NCBI GenBank assembly: GCA_043228905.1
Contig: JBHGNT010000009.1
Span: 2,542,001-2,606,000 of the forward strand
Length of the DNA: 64,000 bases
Direction: 5' to 3'
Source: Azolla caroliniana
Lineage: Eukaryota > Plantae > Polypodiophyta
This document shows positions 22,166 to 34,974 of the stretch, piece after piece. Numbering within the stretch: the first letter of the stretch is position 1; each line of letters begins with the position of its first letter. The translations under genes were made by a program, and so were the position numbers. The notes beneath the pieces were generated by a model, which saw only the letters and a list, made by a program, of their open reading frames with translations, did not search any database and was not told the DNA's origin.

Positions 22166-22407
22166 TGACATTTGAGGTTTAATAGCTGTTTGATATTTAC
22201 ACCTTTGTGGTTGTCTTCATTTTGACCGTTTACCTATTTTCTACCTTGAATACACTACAATCACATATAGCACTTCCGCCTTGATCTAAAAGTCCCCCCC
22301 ATTTACAATGAGCTCTCCTCTCCTTTTTATAGGTCTCACGTGATCTCTCTTAATTCAAACAAGATCGGAAGCCTAGACCTTTCCGTTCCTAAAGTAAGCT
22401 CTTAACA
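22166..22407 (-). mobile_element. Possible solo LTR (~242 bp)
   Basis: TG...CA bounded; minus strand has CCTATAAAAAGGAGAGGAGAG followed by TTGTAA. Absent from the paralogous regions. No clean TSD. Confidence 0.4.
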
Positions 22408-22762
22408 ATTGAGCTAAATGTGTTAATGATTTTGGATCAAAAGTGGAGGACCTCCAAATGACAAAGTGAATGCCATTAACAACGTAGAAATTGGAGAGTG
22501 GGGCATAAAACAATTTGAGAATCAAGTTCTAGGAGAGGTATGCTTAGGATATGAATTAGGCAATAACTATCATTCGATGAAGGCCATATATGTAATTTGA
22601 GGATAAATATTTATAGAGAATATAAGACAAGCCTAAAATAGGAATAGTTATAGACATAAAGAAAAGCAATAACATGTGTGAAGGAAAAAAACAACAAGAG
22701 AAGGTAAGGAATTTTCCCTTGATTTTCTTGAATAAGTTGTGGTGAAGACTAGAACATGAGAC

Positions 22763-23075
22763 TAGGAGTTGGCAACGTCTAGGCTCAAGCTTTAACCGAA
22801 TTGTTAAACCATTCTTAAACGGTTTGCCGATTGGCTCGTTTGGTTCAACGCAATTCAAGCTTGGGCTTCCTTAATTGATTTGAGCTCGGTTTGGTAGGGC
22901 TCCAGTCAAACCTAACCAGTTTGGGCCAAATCAGTTTGGCCAAACCCGTTCCTAAACCGGTTTAGGCTTAACCTATTTGGGGATCGGTTCAATTCAAGTT
23001 TGAAAACTCCCAAACCGATTAAGGCTTAACCGGTTTGGTTTGGACAGGACCAAAACCAATTAAGCCAAAACCGAA
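22763..23075. mobile_element. hAT-like MITE fragment with AACCG/CGGTT subterminal repeats
   Basis: Starts TAGGAGTTGGCAACG, similar to the TIR of the elements at 36610 and 37308; dense AACCG/CGGTT motifs; right TIR missing. Confidence 0.5.
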
Positions 23076-23770
23076 CTTTTGTTGATTCCTACTTGAGACC
23101 CCTCTTGCCGAATTGTTCTATGTCATTTCACTTTGTAATAAGTCCTGTTGATGAGCGTTAAACTTCTTACTATTTGGTTGTGGGTGGTTTGGTTCTCAAA
23201 ATCGGGGCAAGCACTATATTGCCCTTTTCATCCTCACATAAGTTTGTGCCCAGTTTGTAACCATACAAATTGCTCCAAGTCACACACATATGGGCAAGAA
23301 GTAAGAATGGGCAGCATTGATAATAGAATCACTCAAGCAATGCATAAGATTGCTCCTTGGGAAGTTTGACACAATATGGGCGAGGATTAAGTCGGGACGG
23401 CATTGATAAATACAATCACTCAATCAATGCATGCAATTGCTCCTTGGGGAGTTTGGCATTATATATGGAGCGAAGGAGATGAATGACCATATGATTGCTC
23501 CTCGAGTAGCAGACGTATGGCAACACATATAAATACCCCTCCGCGGAGTTTGGAATGCTATATGTGGGGCGACGCCAAGAGATAATCATAGACCATTTTT
23601 AGGCATAACTTTAGTCTTTACATGTCCCTGTAAAAAAAAGTTAGTTAGCAACAACTTGTCTATATTGGAGGTAAAAGAACAGAGCCTATGAATTCTCAGA
23701 GTGTCTACGACCAACGAACGCATACTTGTTACAATACATATTCCTCTGAGAAGATCTGCACATCTCCATT

Positions 23771-25707
23771 ATGGTAAGCTCACATTCAGCCCCCTTTTAA
23801 TCTTATTCCTGTTTTTCTATAAAGCATGGCTTAATTAGCTTCTTTGTTTTTGCTTATGATCGAAAACATATGAGAGTTTTCTCTTGTCCTCCTTCCTTGT
23901 CTAGTTTTCCATGGTTTTTAAGTACGCATGAATGTCTATGCATTTATGTCTGGTGTCTCTGTCTATGTGTGTTTGTAGTATATACATGTATGCATTACAT
24001 ATGTTAATAGTCTGTAGTTTATGTTATGCATGTCTATGTGTGTATGCGTATCTATGTATCTATGTGCATACATGCACATATGCATGTGTATGAATTCCAT
24101 ATGTATCAATGCATGCATGTGTGTATCTATGTATGTATCTCTGAAATGCCCCAGTCTAGTTTTTGTTTGTGTCCCTAATGCTCTTAATCAATCATCAAAT
24201 GTAGAGCAACTGGACAATTTGATCATATAGTGGCGTATATAATTAAAAGCCAGGCTATGACTTAGGCCACAAACATTGATCAAATTGGATATATGATTGA
24301 TGTAAAAAGGGCAGTAAACAGAATTTGGTAAATAACAACAACTTAAGGAGATTTGGGTAACTAAAGGAAAAGCTTGGGATATTTCGAAGCTTTTCCCTCA
24401 TAATTGTTGTGAAGGAAGAAGACATAACATTCACCTTTTCCATTTTTTTAGTTTCATCTCATATATGCATAAATACATACATGGATTACATGAGAGAATC
24501 AAGTTGAGATAAAGTGCATGTAAGAAGATTTTGTAACTTGCTTTAACCTAAATTATTCTAAGTTTTATACTTGTTTTTGTTATGCTCAGGCTATGTTTAT
24601 AAGAGTTAAGAGGAAGAAGACAACTTTCTTTTTGCATTGTGAACCATCAGAGACCATACTTGAGATCAAGTCAAAGCTACAAGTTCTTACAGATAATGAT
24701 GTCGATGCTCAACGGCTCATACTGCTCTCAACTCTTCAACTCTTAGATGATGCAAGAACTTTAGCAGATCAGAAGGTAAATTCGAATGTTTTGTTATATG
24801 TTGCAAGTTTCTGTTTTCGAGGTCTTTGCTTTATCTAATCATGCGTTGTGTGACCGGATTTAATGTATGGACTTAAAATACGTTGGCAAAAACTCCGACG
24901 AAGCTTCTTTATTTCCCCAAATGCCCTAAGTCCTTGTTGCTTCTGCAAATGCTGTTAGCTAACCATCAAAAATCAGAGAAGAGGGATGAATTGAACATAT
25001 AATTTCTCAAGTATAACACAATTTGTTGAGAAGGATCAAGCAATGGCATTTGGGGAAATAAGGAAAATCTTGTAACTGTATGAGTGTTTCCTTTAAAGAA
25101 TATGTATTGTGCTTCCTGAGCTATGGAATAATCAAAGGTTGTTTAGCTTAGAAGTAATGTTTTAATGTAGACTATTATCATCATCTTCCAGCAGCATATA
25201 CGACCAAACTGCTGTGCATTAATCTATCTGTTGCTAACAAAAGATGTGCATGAAGGTCAAGTGATCAAGAATGTGAAAAGTGAATGAATGAATCTAACAC
25301 GTGATCATTGATTGACATCCTCTTGCTATTCCAACTACCGATTTTAGAGGCTAATCTATCATGAAAGAATCTTGATATGAAATGGATGAAAATGAATAGT
25401 GGTTGTAAAATTAATTTCAATTTTGTAAAGTTGTTTGATTGATGATAGAATGGTGATGGGTTTTGTTTTGGTTTTTGGTTTTGGTTTGATGATATGAGTA
25501 TTTGTAATGTCAATGTCATTGTTTTTTATTAATTTCCTTTTCTTCTATATGGAAACAGGTTGAGAATGATGATGTGGTAGCATTGACACTAAAGAAAGGT
25601 TCGCTTACACTTTGGCAAACTATGTGAAAAATATTAAATGCCTTCATATGCACATTGTTGCACTTGGCAAGATACAATGTCATGCAATTTTACACACACA
25701 TATGAAT

Positions 25708-25742
<35 letters not shown>

Positions 25743-26065
25743 TACATCTTGTATGTGTGTGACTTGTGATATTCTGTAATCCGTTAGAGAATCAATTTTT
25801 GTTAGTTTCTCTTTTTTCCGTTTTGTTTTTATTCTGCAGAAGGGTCTTCATCTGCATTCATTTCTAGTTAATTTGTAATGTCTGTAATGTCAATTCATAG
25901 AACCATGAAATCTGTATTCTATTCTATTTGGAAGAGTTTAAACACATGCAATTGGAAGCTAGGCTCACATGTTTCTATGGCTTAGCAGATACTGGAGGGT
26001 GGGAAGATATAGATATCGAGAAGCCAGAAGATCACCAAGGTGTGTTAGATAGAGATATAAGCTAA
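23771..26065 (+). CDS. Elongin B-like ubiquitin-fold protein, 101 aa; exons 23771-23773, 24590-24775, 25559-25598, 25989-26065
   Basis: Spliced product MAMFIRVKRKKTTFFLHCEPSETILEIKSKL...QRLIL...LADQKVENDDVVALTLKKDTGGWEDIDIEKP...DIS*, which resembles Elongin B and the plant MAMYIRVKR family. GT-AG introns, 306 nt in frame. Confidence 0.88.
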
Positions 26066-29000
26066 GATACTTTTTGTTCCACAATTTCATTCAAGCAAAG
26101 ACAAAATGGATAAGTAGGCCATGACTTCTTGATCTTCTTCTTAAAGATCAGACTTTGTACTTGAACATGTGAATTTGTAAAATTCGTGTTCTTGCGATCA
26201 TTCACGATAAATTTTGGGATATATATTGTATATCAGTCTCAATTTATATTGAATGATATTGCATGAGCGAAAACCCTTTAGAGTGAAAGCGTTTAGACTC
26301 TGCTATTTTAGTTCCTTGCAACGAAGCAACTCCATTCTCGGAAGTATTGCAAAACATGGTGAACTAGAGAATCATGTGATGAATCAACCCAACTAACTTG
26401 CGCTCACACTCGCGCACATCCTCCAGAATCATCTCATCTTTCTCTACTTAAGCTAAGCTCATTTCCATGGAGATGTTATTTCTCAACTAATTGTATGTTG
26501 TTTTAATTGCTTACAAGTGTGAACTTGGATCTTACTTCAAAATTATAGAGCTTGCTTGCTCTATTCATTATCATCTCTGAACTACCTTATTAGGGAATGG
26601 TGCAGTTTTTCCCTTTATGGACAAAATTATAATCAACTTTAAATGGTTACGTCACCGAAGTCAATGTATTCATCAATCGATCAAAACAATGACCTTTTCC
26701 TTGTGATGCTATTAGTGGTTTTGGGCATCAATAAAATTTCTAGACATGGCTAATTTTTTACAAAAACTATGTCCCTATATATATAAGCCACAGAAAATGA
26801 TGATGATGTAAGTGTTTTAGTGCTACTGATGGTGGTGAATTTCTCTTTCATGACTCTTATAATGCATTGTGTGATGTGCATAGTATTTTACAAGAGTTTA
26901 TGGCTCCCCATAGCCTCACTTACAATAGAAACATACAAGAAGGTCATTCCCATCTGATGGGGAATTTACTCAAAGCTTTTGGACAGACATTGTAAAGACC
27001 TCCAAACACTAGATCAATAGATCGCCCATGAAATCCTGTATAGGGAGATGGAGCTCAAATCTAAGAAATTTATCCTCCTTTGATATATGTAACAAGAAAT
27101 GCATATGATGGGATTGGGAATCATTTATGTGATCATGAAGCCAAGAAGATAATATGTAGCCATGTCAATGTTGTTTTTAAGGAGAAGATCATGGTCAAGG
27201 TGCAGAGAACGTGTGGTAAACCAATTTCCACTATTCACCCCACATCTTACTATTGGTAAGATGACAGGGTGCCTAAGCATCATATGATGCTCTATTTAGG
27301 AGGTCTACAAAGTGTGATTTCGACCTTCCTACGGGTTCAACTCAAAGATTGGACCACATGAGTATTGTGGAGATTGAATAAATTGGTCGCCTACAAGAGG
27401 CACATTGTCATGCCATAGGATGTTGGGATAGTCGTAAATATGCCTTTGCCAAGTAGATTCAATATCAATCGCAGGAGGCCAACTATTTTTACATGCTTTG
27501 TATAGTACTTTTTCCAGTTGCTCTTATGTATTCTCACCTCTTTCTCTTTGTTTTCATAGTTTACATCACCATTAATTCTAATCCACCAACAATTCACACT
27601 AGGGTTTTCTAGGATCCTTGATAGGTCCCATGTATATCTACTTACCTGCTAGATGCTTCTTTGGGTTTCGTCATCTGGGTCACATATAAACAAAAAACAA
27701 TCATGCAAATGACAATGGAACCACAAGTTGCGATCACCCTACATGAACTCCACCTAGATTCTTCTTTGGGATTGGCCATCTAAGTCACATATAAATGAAA
27801 TATAGTCTTGCAAGGTCAGAAAATGAAGCCCCATGTAGCAGTCACATCGATTAAAATGTGCACATATCATGACATTGGGTCACGATGTTATAGGCATGCA
27901 TGCATATGAGTCATGACATATGCAAATGCCCATACAACCATACAAAATGAGAGCCAACATGTACTTAAAACTAATAGAAAATATTGTTGAACGCAAAATG
28001 CCCATACAACCATACAAAATGAGAGCCAACATGTACTTGAAACTAATAGAAAATAGTGTTGAACGCAAAATGAAGAAATTCAATATTCCATAGTACTTGG
28101 GGTGTGCAATGATGGGATCATCGACCTTTTTTATTCCCTTTGGCACTTGATATCAAAATCGCGGAAGGAAAAGGAAATATGTTTAGATTTTAGGTTGTTA
28201 TTAGTGAATAGAATTTGAGAGTGTTTTACTTTTTCCTCTTTGCAATTGCGAAGAAGATTCAAGGAAGTGGGTTGGTGATATTGTGACGCCACTAAGTTTA
28301 TGTCACTTGAAAAATAACTATGTTGAAACTCAAAAAATATATATACATCGGTCAGTCTTTAATATACGGTCAAAACTTTAAGCATACTCAATGGCATCAT
28401 ATTCAGGAAATCGGAAAGGTAGTGAGTGACCTTGGGTGAAACTAAAAGCTTGATGTGTGCAATAATGCTTTACATCCAAACGTCCACATGAAGCTATTAG
28501 ATTATGGGCAATAGATTCCTTTTAAGTTACCTAGACCAAAAAATATGAGCCAAATGATAAGGAAATTCCCATTCAAGAAGCAATGGTTAGATCTCGTATA
28601 TGTTTAAAAAAAAGCTTAAGTTTATCTCATGAACAAATTTAGTAAATAATGCACATTGGCTTACCTCACAAGTTGTTGAGTGTACATCCAATCCCAATGC
28701 TATGAGGTTTTTCAAAATCGACAAATGTGTAAGTGGCATGGATATCAATAGAGAGAGGATCTATGTGCTTGAGAACATTTTGTGAAGACACATTTTATGA
28801 GCATGTTATTATAAAAGAATGTAAGTACAAGTAAAGCACACATGCACACACACAATAGACAACATACATCATGGAAATACAAAAGGTGAAGAGAAACGGA
28901 ATGGAAAGGTGAGCTTAGAGAACCATTGACAGTCAAGTACATTGAGAACTTTGTTGAATAATGGTAACCTAGGATCATTTAGAGGACTCTTGTGTTTTCC

Positions 29001-30126
29001 GGTAATAGTGACAAATATACCCCATTGACCTTGGGGTAGAAAGAGATCACGAGATATATCGAAGTAACTTCTGTATCTATACATGCATAACATAGAAACA
29101 TGTGCAAACATAGTAGAGTAAACTCCAAACATATGAAACAACACATTCTAGAAGCTATGATTGGAAATTGTACGTACACACTTGAGAATCTTTTGTACAC
29201 ATGCTAGATTGAATGTTGAATGGAATGTTTAAGAGAAATTTAGCCAAAAACCATGAATAGATTGGATGGGACTTACATATGACAAGGGCATATATGTAAA
29301 TTAATCATTGGGTGCAAATTTTTAGTAGCATGAAACATCATAAAAAACATGGTCATGCAAGCAAGATCTCTATGTATTCTAGGGAGTGTGCAAGCTACTA
29401 AATTGAATAAAAAAAGATTTTTTTGATCGAGAGTTATTCATTATGATCAAGTTCATGTAATTTGCAAGCTTGGAACTTGATGACTCATATTGTTTTTAAT
29501 TCATATAATGGTCATCAAGTGGTTGTAGCAATGACTATAGTGACAAGTACTCCTTAGTCCTCGTTAGCCCGTGGTTGATGTTGGCCCAATATTGCAGCCA
29601 AAACCTCGAGGAAGCTAAATACGATCGGCCTCCTAATGATTAAGCGTAACTTGGTTTAGTCATTGCATTCATCATGATCATGCATCAATAAAATATTTCC
29701 CAATTAGCATAGACACCCTCCACAATTGTTTCAAAAGGCCACAAGTGTCAACTTCATCATAGTCAAGACCAAATGCTATTATCAATGATTACTCAAATCA
29801 ATCGTTGAGCTATGTTGTAAGATTGAGTAGTTCCCCACCCGTTAATAGGGAGCTACCTAGACGTACACTGGGGGAGCACGGCATCGAGCCAATGTGCACA
29901 GTATGACATATAATGCAAGCTACCCCGAGAAGCTTATAAAATCACTCATGACGAGGTGTCGGAAATTGTGGTCGAGCACTATTAATAGCATTACGAATAT
30001 TGAAGTTGCACGGCGCTCCTCTTTACATGAGTATCTCGATATTGCCAAACTTAAGGAGGAGAAAAGGGGGTTGGGGGGCTATCCCACCCCTCCACACACA
30101 TATTTAAGATTGATTTTTTGGCTTGG

Positions 30127-30127
<1 letters not shown>

Positions 30128-30157
<30 letters not shown>

Positions 30158-30194
30158 TGTATGTATGGATGGATGGATGGATGGATGGATATGG

Positions 30195-30224
<30 letters not shown>
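30128..30224 (+). repeat. Compound (ATGT)n/(ATGG)n microsatellite
   Basis: Directly visible tetranucleotide runs. Confidence 0.9.
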
Positions 30225-30226
<2 letters not shown>

Positions 30227-30523
30227 TTAATCTAGCTTTTGATACATATTGATATACATATATATGAAAAGCAAGATTAATTAGGCAAAGGAGGGTTTTG
30301 AACATGAGACCTATATAAAAGGTGATGGGATGGCATTGTCAAGTCCATTTAAGAAAGCCTTACTAGTACTCTGCGTTGATACCACAAGAAAAACCAGCCA
30401 ACAACAATTAAACCCAAAGGAAGTGTGATGCCTAGCTTATTGCACTGTGCACACATATCATTTCACAATTTGAGCTCTCCCCATTTTTGAGAATTAGAGA
30501 TTTAGAAGAAGAAGGACCAAGTT

Positions 30524-31653
30524 ATGGATTCATTGATGATGGGTCCTCATGCAGGGAGTGTAGTTGTTGGTGGTGGTGATGGTGATTGTGACAATAAGTA
30601 TGGTTCATTCATGGTTGCAGGTCATCTTCTCCAACAGACACTTCGTTGCCTCTGCAGTGATTCTTCCGAGTTTGGTGATTGGGTCTACGCTGTCTTCTGG
30701 AGAATCCTCCCAAGGAACTATCCTCCCCCTAAGTAATACTTCCATTCCATAAACAAGAGCCCGAGTCATTCCATTGCATCACTCTCATTCAATTATACCA
30801 AAATTTCATTCTTTCAGTAGACTTAGTGATGGTATAATCTGTTACGGCATGACTATGTAATATCCCGTGGTGAGAATTTACCGAGTATATAATAACCCTC
30901 ACACTTTATCCACGTGTATAGAATACTACGGTAATTCCCACCACGGGATATTATATGGTCATGCCCGGACATAATCGCATCTGATTTGTTCTATTTACTA
31001 TTGTGGTATCATATTGTTCTATTTACTATTGTGGTATCATAATATGCCCATTTGTGGTATCATACATACATTTCCCTAAAATTTTATTTATATGCAAATA
31101 ATTCTCTCTCTTTTCCTTCTGCTTCTTCTTCTTCTTCTTTACTCGGTTCTGTTTGGTTTGATTCTGCAGATGGGACTCTGAAAACAATGCTTTTGATAGA
31201 TCCAAAGGCAACAAGAGGAATTGGTGAGCCACAGTAACAAACAAAATAACAGTAGCAAGAATGGATTAAACATATGCAGGCATACGTTATTGAGATCATA
31301 ATTTAATTAAGTTTGGTACTTGCAGGATCCTTGTGTGGGAGGACGGGTTCTGTGATTTTGTAGCGTGTGCAAAGGCTTCTTCTTCCAGCTCCACTGCAGC
31401 AATGAGTGGTCGTGGTCGTGGCCATGAGGAGTATATGCAACCTGAGCTCTTCTTCAAGATGTCACATGAAGTCTACAACTTCGGGGAAGGGTAACAACAT
31501 TTACTCGTTGATTTTCTCTGACATACATCTGATATAATTACCACTGAATCCCTCCAAGATTAAGCATCATGATTCATAGCGACCATTAATCCTGAGCTCA
31601 ATATCAGTGCATGCACTTTATATAGATAAGCTAAATCGATTGGGATTTGGATC

Positions 31654-31725
<72 letters not shown>

Positions 31726-34700
31726 TTGATGTTGATCCTAACTTATGTACATATATGTCTCCTCACCATCTCTATAATATATATTTATTTATTTGTGTGT
31801 CTTTGTGTGGTGATTATTAGGTTAATGGGTAAAGTGGCAGCAGACAGCAGTCACAAATGGGTTTACAGAGATCCTCCAGACTCAGACCCTCATTATTCCT
31901 CTTCATGGCAGGGTGCCCTAGATCCTGTAAGCATATTAACTCTCTTTTTAATTTCTGTGTATGTTATGTATGTATGTATGCATTCACTATGGTTGCACTA
32001 GTTTCCTTTCACTGCCCTACCATAAATTTGGGCAATTGGCAATCAGCTTTTGATCATAATTTGCAGTTATGTAGGTTTTTCTTGAGTTTGTAATTGTTAT
32101 GTTTCTCATGGGCCCATTGACAAGAATATCATCTCCCAATGTCTTGGATGTTTCTAACATCACATTTTGTATCTATATATTATGGATGCATCAATGCATA
32201 CAAGTATAAACATTAGATGGATGGACAAATAGTGACATATATTTTTACACATTTGACTTTGAGACGCCACGCTTGGCATATCCTTTTGTATTAACCAAGA
32301 TTGAGTAAATTGTTGAGTTTTTTCACAGCATCCAAGGACATGGGAGGCACAATTCAAAAGTGGCATTGAGGTAAGGTTTTGATTTAATCACAAGGCCAAC
32401 GCTTCTAGAATTTAATCAAATCCGAGCAAACATTTTGTTGTATAAGTTTTTTAGTTAAAGGTATTTGTTTAGCAATAAGCTTTTGGAGTGGTATGTTGGA
32501 TTTTCAAGTGCATAAAAGTAGGATTTTTTGTCACTTTTTAAAGCCAGATATCCTCAAAAAGGAAATGTACTTAAATATTTGTAGATAGTAATATATCCTT
32601 TACCAGAAATAGCTTTCAAATCCTCACATCGCCTATTTGTGTATGTATATATTCGAGTATTTTGAGGTGATCTGACAAGTGAAAATACCTCAATATGGTG
32701 TTGGAATAAATTGGAATTTGTTGCTTATAATGAATAACTTGGGAATGAATAAAGTAGTTGTATGGGTAAAGAAAACGAGTATCTAACAGTTACCTAATAT
32801 ATGTACTTATTAGTATGTTTGTTTGTTGGCATAATGCTTCGTTATAAGATTTTGAGTGGCTTAATGTGCAGACAATAGCAATTGTTGCTGTGAAAGAAGG
32901 ATTGGTACAATTGGGCTCCTTAAAGAAGGTGAAAAGAAGAATAGATGCAATGTGAAATGTGAGGTTGCTTGCTTGTACATGTGTGTGGAGAGAGAATGTG
33001 TATATGTGCATGTGCGTATGCGTATGCGTATGCAAGCAAGTGCGAAAAGACTTAAAAGAAAATACATATTTATGTTAAAGGAATGCCATGAAGACAAATG
33101 AACCAAAAGTTGATAAAAAAATTTGAAATGCATTTAGCTATATGAGAACACAATATAACATTAAACTAAGATTGTCAATTTTTTATAACTATAGTTTTGA
33201 TGTCAATATTTATGTTGCTAGGAGTCCAAATAAACTAAAGTGGGAAAAAGAAAAAACCAAGTTGAATCACGATTCCCAATCACAAGAAGCCTAACACGTT
33301 TGAACATAATGTACATGGGGACCAACTAGGTTGGGCCAAAAGCCCATGACACCCGACCTAGGTTTAGGTTTATTGTGAAGCTTTGCACACATAAGATTAT
33401 ATTGATGTTGAACATTGAACATCATATGAATGTTGCTCGTATTAATACAAACTTTCCGGCTTGCGAAAAATGTCTAAAAGCCACTCACCTCCATCAGACC
33501 TATCTAGGTGTGCATATTGGAACTCTTGATATTGAACATTGTGCGGAAACATGAGATGAACGAGCACACTTTTTCACGTGGGAATTTGTTGAAATGTGAC
33601 ATGTGGATAGTTTACTGTAGATGTTTTACGTACATGTTTTTGATTGAGAGAAACATGAATTTAACCGGGGGATATTCCATGGGAAGCTACACGCATTCAA
33701 GCACATGCATTGCATAAGAGGACATTTTAATGATGGCAATTCAATTGCCACATTATGATATCTTGACATGAATTTCCGTGATAGCTAATTTCATATAAAT
33801 ACATATGTAGTTGTATTTCTTGGGGGGAACAATTGAAAATACCAATAATACCCCTAGTATTAGGGGAATGATACCCTTGATATGTTCTTGAATAACACCA
33901 TGTTCCCTTGTTTGAATGAAATAGATGCATCCACATAGTTTTCTATCTAAGACATTAGTACAATTATTATTATAAACATGTTTTCTTATCTAAATGAGTG
34001 TCGTTACACCATTAACACCTTACAAACATCTAATGAAACATGAAACACCCTTTTCACTTCCCTTGTTAATTTCTTGATTATTATGTTATTAAAAGAAAGA
34101 AAGATTAGTGTATTTTTGGAAAAAAGAAAGAATAGTGTACATGCCTTTGTAATAAGGTTATGCAATGATATATTATAAGGAAAGAAGCACCTTTGCTTAG
34201 AACACTAAATATGCACGCATGACAACAAACACACACCCCTAGGTATGTGTGTGTGTGTTTATGTGTGTGTACAATATAGCAATCACGTGTGTGTGCGCGT
34301 GCCAGGCAGCCGCAGAGGATTTGAATTTTGTGTTATTCCTACAAAGAAAGTTCAACTATTTGCATAGCATTCCGGGTGTATATGCAATACATCCATCAGC
34401 CCTAAACGTGCTCCAACAACAACAACAAACACAAAGTACAATGTCAAAGGCATCTTTGACATGCAATATGTATGTTGAAGACATGAGGTCACAATCAACA
34501 ACAATTATTGGCAGTGGGGGAATGATGAACGCTAAAACATTGATAACCGGTTATGATCGTGATACCACCATGACACCAATTTACAATGTTATTGCGACCC
34601 GAGATTTTTTTGAGAATGTGGAACCCCATCAATACTCTCCACCGACACAACCACACTTTTGTTCGATGACAATGGTCCCAGATGGCATTAGTGATGATAA

Positions 34701-34974
34701 TGATGACGATGATGACTTTATCAATAACATAAATTCAGCGGTTTACATGGCAGAAGAGGCGTTGGATGATTATGATGGACGTCGGTTTGGCAACGTTGAA
34801 TATCGACATGCTACTACGGCTTATAATAGCCTACATGCACTCCTCTCACGTTTGCCATCAGTCATGACATCCACCACCACCTCCCCTGATTCTACCACCT
34901 CTTCATCTGCTACCTTTGACGGTCAATATGTTCCCTACTTCCCTCACACCTTTGTGCAACACACCCACTTATAA
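30524..34974 (+). CDS. RICE SALT SENSITIVE 3-like protein (bHLH-MYC_N domain, no bHLH); exons 30524-30732, 31170-31223, 31326-31490, 31821-31926, 32329-32370, 32872-32928, 34306-34974
   Basis: LQQTLRCLC..WVYAVFWRILPRNYPPPKWD..RNWILVWEDGFC..PELFFKMSHEVYNFGEGLMGKVAADSSHKWV..PRTWEAQFKSGIETIAIVAVKEGLVQLGSLKK..EDLNFVLFLQRKFNYLHSIPGV..SLHALLSRLPSV. All junctions are GT-AG and in phase. Confidence 0.9.
30846..30965 (+). repeat. Intronic fold-back (about 43-bp arms)
   Basis: GGCATGACTATGTAATATCCCGTGGTGAGAATT... pairs with ...AATTCCCACCACGGGATATTATATGGTCATGCC. Confidence 0.8.
31659..31720 (+). repeat. (TA)n microsatellite
   Basis: About 30 TA units in intron 3 of the RSS3-like gene. Confidence 0.95.

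Larger units (their letters stand above)
22425..27430 (+). repeat. Segmental duplication copy B (contains intact Elongin B-like gene)
   Basis: Collinear with 16830-19990 as described for copy A. Confidence 0.85.

Noticed and set aside
14928-26065. Biosynthetic gene cluster
   Set aside because: Only one enzyme class (two OMT paralogs) is present, and the neighbours are unrelated housekeeping or regulatory genes.
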